Shown here: one piece after another, positions 56,573 to 64,000 of the stretch
Layout: every line of letters starts with the position of its first letter
Position numbering within the stretch: position 1 is the first letter of the stretch
From: Macrostomum lignano
Lineage: Eukaryota
DNA: 64,000 bases
Assembly: GCA_002269645.1 (NCBI GenBank)
Contig: NIVC01001498.1
Location: 186,001-250,000 of the forward strand
Direction of reading: 5' to 3'
Position numbers and translations under genes: made by a program
The notes under the pieces: generated by a model
Database searches by the model: none
What the model was told of the DNA's origin: nothing
Seen by the model: the letters and a program-made list of their open reading frames with translations, nothing else

Positions 56573-57296
56573 CAGGATTAGAACCAGTGAGAGTCTGCAG
56601 TGATAATGATGAAAATATACATTACAGAGAAAGCCAGTCACTCAGACCGCAGAAAAGATGTTTTCCACTTTAATAGAAATGGTCTAAAAACAAGCAGTTT
56701 AGTGCTTGTTGGCGAACAAGTTGCTAAAAGTTGTTTTCCAGTGCCAAAGAAGCGTACAATGCATGTCAGAACTGGCCAAAGACGCTCTTCTGAACTCTCT
56801 CTCCACCCCTGCGTCACCCTACCCACCTGGCCGCTGAAACACTAGGCCTAAAATGAGCTGTTAGCATGCAACTTTAATTTTCTGCCCTTACCTTGCTCGT
56901 CTCGCAGTCGCGCTAAGCCACCTTTCTAACTCTAAAGTAATAGCTCAGGATTGCCCCCTGGATTGCTAAATACATTAAGCGAAACAGAAAATACTTTAAC
57001 ATAGAATTTTTCTGTTACTGTCTAAACTGAACAGAGCCTGCGAGTGTGGCGTGCGCGCCTTGTCGTTCTATTCATCCATAGCTGATATCATAGGACCGCG
57101 GCCAGCCCCTCAATGAAGCTTATTGTCTCAACTGTCTGAAGAGGCCACTTGACTAGCTGGACCAGGCAGTATATTGCACAGCTGCTGGCTGCCTCTGTCT
57201 GTGCTTCTGCTTCTTTGGTCCGTCACTTCGACAGCAGCGCAGGCTGGTGCATGCTGGAACAGGGCTGATGAGGCACGCGTGCAGCTGCTTGCCCGC

Positions 57297-58237
<941 letters not shown>

Positions 58238-58949
58238 CACAGCTCTCTTAATATTATCAACAATCATTAGACGGTAGCAACACAGAATTCGTCTGGCAAT
58301 CCTTGCATATTGAGGCGGGTTTCCTAGGAGCAATAATTGCAGCCTGTCTGACCCAGATTCCTCTCTGCAGACCGGCAATGCTCAAGCAGATCAAATTTCT
58401 GCCGCATGAGCCAAGCGGAAGAAGTGCATCTGAGGGGGTTTCTCAACCAGTGTAGCGTTCAACAGACTTCGGGTTGTGCCACAGACGAACACAGTACGTT
58501 TACATCTCTCGCCTCTACGCAATTACAGTGCCAAGTGAGAGTGTGGTAAAACTCTTGGGAAGCTGTAAAGGCATTGAATTTCATATTTTTGGCAAAACAG
58601 CACTGGAACCTTAGTTTAAAAAGATCGTAAAATTTTTGCATTTTTTACTCTGATCCAAGTGGAAACAACCTGGCCTTATTGCCTGTGCCAAAGCAATATG
58701 CGGGGCAGAGAGGGCAGGCTGGCTGTTCAGAACAAATCGGCTCCCGATCTTATCTGACATGCGCGTTGGACAACAAAGATGGATATACTAGTCAGTGAAA
58801 GTGCATGCATCAATTTAACACCCATCAATTAGGACTGCACGAGTTGTTTTAAAATAGAAAAAACAAATACAGGAACAAAGTCGGCGGTGAACAAAGCTGA
58901 AATTGCATGGCGATCGCCAGATACTTTGTTGTAGTTGGATGGTTGGATA

Positions 58950-60068
<1,119 letters not shown>

Positions 60069-61069
60069 GCAGTCTAGTACACAGCTGCACAACTCCTGGA
60101 CCTCGAAAGGCGCAGAACTGTCAAAGTGTGCGCAGCAGTGATTACTGCGTTTGCTTTACGTGGCTGAAAATTGTCAGCAAAAACGTTTTTTTGTCCTTCG
60201 TTCGGGCGTCCCAAAAGAAGGACAGACAAGCTGGGAGAGACAAAGCGCGGCAGTCAAAAGTCCAACAACTTTCTTTCAAGCTTGGCTGCTTGGCTGATAG
60301 ACCAGAGCGCACAGACGGGGGCTGCAGAGAGAGTAGTTTTGAACTTTTCTATGCTTTAGTCGTTTTTGCGTTTTAACAAAAAAGAAGTGATTTTCATCAC
60401 TTTGGCCAATACGGTGGGCGGGTCCGGGGATGGTCAGTTGGGCGTCTGTCGCTGACTTTTAAACCTCTTTTTGAGGTCAGCCTGTCTGGCTGGCTATCTG
60501 AATCCTCTCTGCTTGTGCGGCACAGTCCTAACTGAGCTTACTGAGACGATGAGTAGTTCGACTAACTAGCGTGACACGAATTTGAATCCGAAAATAGCTC
60601 GTAGATAGATTTTCAAATTGTTTTAATTTTTCTAAGAATCGAGGTACAAAGATGCTAAGTCGCAAATCATGAAACTTTCACAATACCCGGATTTCTCATA
60701 TTTCACCTTCTTGACTTCTGAACTGCATTTCGAGCAAAGATGATGCGTCGATTCTCAAGTTGATCTAGCTATATTTTGTAATGGTAAAGAATTTCTTTTT
60801 ATTTTACCGTGAGGTGGGGTTTAACCATAAACAAAACTGTCTGCGGAGACACTGAAGTGATAAAAACAACAAATATTTTTTCGGAACTCTCCAATTGTTC
60901 CGACTTTTTTGGTTGTCTGACTCATCTCTTAAGTTCTTCTGCCCTCGTTTCTTTTTGTTAACTATTTTTTCTCTGTCTAGCTCAAATCAGACTCTCTTTT
61001 ATCTTTCTATCCTCTCACTGGCTTCTGATTGGCTCTTCAGTCTGACCTCCTTCCACAGTCGCGCTTCCA

Positions 61070-61640
61070 CTCCTCTATCTGCGTACGACCCACCCCCTCT
61101 TTCTGCGTACGACCCACCCCTCCTTATCTGCTTACGAAACACTCCCTCGGCCCCTCCTTATCTACGTACGACCCACCCCCTCCTTATCTGCTTACGAAAC
61201 ACTCCCTCGGCCCCTCCTTATCTACGTACGACCCACCCCCTCCTTATCTGCTTACGAAACACTCCCTCGGCCCCTACTTATCTACGTACGACCCACCCCC
61301 TCCTTATCTGCTTACGAAACACTCCCTCGGCCCCTCCTTATCTACGTACGACCCACCCCCTCTTTCTGCGTACGACCCACCCCTCCTTATCTGCTTAAGA
61401 AACACTCCCTCGGCCCCTCCTTATCTACGTACGACCCACCCCTCCTTATCTGCTTACGAAACACTCCCTCGGCCCCTCCTTATCTACGTACGACCCACCC
61501 CCTCCTTATCTGCTTACGAAACACTCCCTCGGCCCCTCCTTATCTACGTACGACCCACACCCTCCTTATCTGCTTACGAAACACTCCCTCGGCCCCTCCT
61601 TATCTACGTACGACCCACCCCCCTCCTTATCTGCGTACGA
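61070..61640. repeat. 60-bp dimeric minisatellite
   Basis: Consecutive 60-nt lines are near-identical. Each unit has two CTCCTTATCT(A/G)C(G/T)TACGA subunits. Confidence 0.95.
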
Positions 61641-62105
61641 TTCACACCATTAATTGATAAATTATTAAAGTTGTATGGGCCTTGTGCCCAGTCCCTAATA
61701 TTATTTAATTTAAATCCTAACTCTTACTCAAGCTAATTCAGTATAGCCAATTCACAACTTCGTCTGTTTTGTTATTTTTCTACACCGGTTTCCGGTAGCT
61801 TTTCTAAAAAAAATCGCTTAACGATCCCAAGACGTCCATGACCAAGCTAACCAGTCATTCAAAGAAAACACCAATTGTCCTGTCAATAATTCTATAGTCT
61901 CAGCAGTAGCTTAACAAACTCCCTCATTTAGTCCTGTATAGTATACTCGTACAATAATTTCTGCTTACTATGTGGGCGGTCAGCCCTAGCGGCACCAGAT
62001 GACACCCTTTGTCTCTAGCTGGCTGGGTTCAAGACACGAATAAAGTACCGAAGCAGAAACCCACTGTTCCACTTTTTGTACGGATGCGCGCATTTTTTGT
62101 CCTAG

Positions 62106-62133
62106 CAATGGCTACCGGTTTCAATGAACGGAG
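62106..62133 (+). CDS. Candidate 28-nt exon (possible first coding exon, MATGFNER...)
   Basis: cattttttgtcctag|CAATGGCTACCGGTTTCAATGAACGGAG|gtaagt: consensus acceptor and donor with an ATG at 62108. The rest of the gene would lie beyond the window. Confidence 0.35.
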
Positions 62134-62589
62134 GTAAGTAAAAACGATCAAAGGGAATTCGCCGCCCCTCCTCCGCGGCCCGCAGTCTCTATGCTGATGC
62201 GCTGTCCAGCGTCTGACCTCCAAGAATCCCTCTAGTCAAACAGCAAGAGTGAGAGAGAGAGAGAGCCATATAAACAGGTCAAGGGATTTTCTAAACTTTT
62301 TTCTTCCAGTGTTTCTTTTTCATGTTCGCTTTGCTTTCTTTTGGAGATAAAAAAAGGAAGGGCGAGTAAGGCTACTGGACTTTCTTCCCAACCTGAATGA
62401 CTTTGTGGGGAACTGCATTTAGTGCAGTTTGTTGTGTTAGTATGAAGCTAATAGCTGCTTTTTAAAGGTAGGATTCGTCACCTGCGCTAAATTAGAAAGC
62501 ACTGGTTCTTCTTGGGGAATTTTTACGGTGCTTCGTTCACTTAGGGTTTCTTCAAAACTCTACGTACTGGCGGGTTTCTGGCGTTGCAT

Positions 62590-64000
62590 TAGCTTTCTGT
62601 CACTGTGCTATTAGCTTCCTGTCACTGTGCTATTAGCTTCCTGTCACTGTGCTATTAGCTTCCTGTCGCTGTGCTATTAGCTTCCTGTCACTGTGCTATT
62701 AGCTTCCTGTCACTGTGCTATTAGCTTCCTGTCACTGTGCTATTAGCTTCCTGTCACTGTGCTATTAGCTTCCTGTCACTGTGCTATTAGCTTCCTGTCA
62801 CTGTGCTATTAGCTTCCTGTCACTGTGCTATTAGCTTCCTGTCACTGTGCTATTAGCTTCCTGTCACTGTGCTATTAGCTTCCTGTCACTGTGCTATTAG
62901 CTTCCTGTCACTGTGCTATTAGCTTCCTGTCACTGTGCTATTAGCTTCCTGTCACTGTGCTATTAGCTTCCTGTCACTGTGCTATTAGCTTCCTGTCGCT
63001 GTGCTATTAGCTTCCTGTCACTGTGCTATTAGCTTCCTGTCACTGTGTTATTAGCTTCCTGTCACTGTGCTATTAGCTTCCTGTCACTGTGCTATTAGCT
63101 TCCTGTCACTGTGCTATTAGCTTCCTGTCGCTGTGCTATTAGCTTCCTGTCACTGTGCTATTAGCTTCCTGTCACTGTGTTATTAGCTTCCTGTCACTGT
63201 GCTATTAGCTTCCTGTCACTGTGCTATTAGCTTCCTGTCACTGTGCTATTAGCTTCCTGTCACTGTGCTATTAGCTTCCTGTCACTGTGCTATTAGCTTC
63301 CTGTCACTGTGCTATTAGCTTCCTGTCACTGTGCTATTAGCTTCCTGTCACTGTGCTATTAGCTTCCTGTCACTGTGCTATTAGCTTCCTGTCACTGTGC
63401 TATTAGCTTCCTGTCACTGTGCTATTAGCTTCCTGTCACTGTGCTATTAGCTTCCTGTCACTGTGCTATTAGCTTCCTGTCACTGTCTTATTAGCTTTCT
63501 GTCACTCTCCTATTAGCTTCCCGTTACTGTCCTATTAGCTTCCCGTTACTGTCCTATTAGCTTCCCGTTACTGTCCTATTAGCTTCCCGTTACTGTCCTA
63601 TTAGCTTCCCGTTACTGTCCTATTAGCTTCCCGTTACTGTCCTATTAGCTTCCCGTTGCTGTCCTATTAGCTTCCCGTTGCTGTCCTATTAGCTTTCCGT
63701 TGCTGTCCTATTAGCTTCCCGTTACTGTCCTATTAGCTTCCCGTTACTGTCCTATTAGCTTCCCGTTGCTGTCCTATTAGCTTCCTGTCACTGTTCTATT
63801 AGCTTCCCGTTGCTGTCCTATTAGCTTCCCGTTGCTGTCCTATTAGCTTCCCGTTACTGTCCTATTAGCTTCCTGTCACTGTTCTATTAGCTTCCCGTTA
63901 CTGTCCTTTTAGCTTCCCGTTACTGTCCTATTAGCTTCCCGTTACTGTCCTATTAGCTTCCCGTTACTGTCCTTTTAGCTTCCTGTCACTGTTCTATTAG
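62590..64000. repeat. 22-bp minisatellite (ATTAGCTTCCTGTCACTGTGCT)n, switching to (ATTAGCTTCCCGTTACTGTCCT)n
   Basis: About 64 copies; runs off the window end. Confidence 0.97.

Noticed and set aside
57174-57296. Signal-peptide-like LHSCWLPLSVLLLLWSVTSTAAQA
   Set aside because: On the strand opposite to the FGF, starts at TTG with an in-frame TGA shortly upstream, and runs into a microsatellite.
57265-57296. CTGATGA hammerhead-core motifs here and at about 21340, 49396 and 53865 (minus)
   Set aside because: None is followed by stem II plus GAAA, and no closing stems were found.

Overview
Eukaryotic (animal) genomic DNA. Just over half of the window (my rough sum is about 54%) is tandem repeat: more than 30 distinct micro- and minisatellite arrays with 4-60 bp units, separated by 0.5-1.5 kb AT-rich unique spacers. 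This architecture resembles repeat-rich invertebrate genomes such as the flatworm Macrostomum (inference only). Almost all ORFs in the supplied track are artefacts of these repeats. The one well-supported gene is a minus-strand fibroblast growth factor of FGF8/17/18 type (YICMN, DC and WYLGF motifs; introns at canonical FGF positions and phases) at about 51.06-53.1 kb. It has enlarged loops and a roughly 370-aa Arg-rich C-terminal extension; its first exon(s) are not confidently found. Other structure: a 176-bp MITE with TIRs and an 8-9 bp target-site duplication; GATA-type arrays sharing a variant 'barcode' at three loci, two of them an inverted pair; inverted GGATCT/AGATCC satellite arms resembling a foldback element; a tRNA 3'-half fragment; and a possible decayed tyrosine-recombinase remnant. 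No CRISPR array, rRNA gene or intact transposon ORF is evident, and I cannot support a claim of a wholly new biological system.
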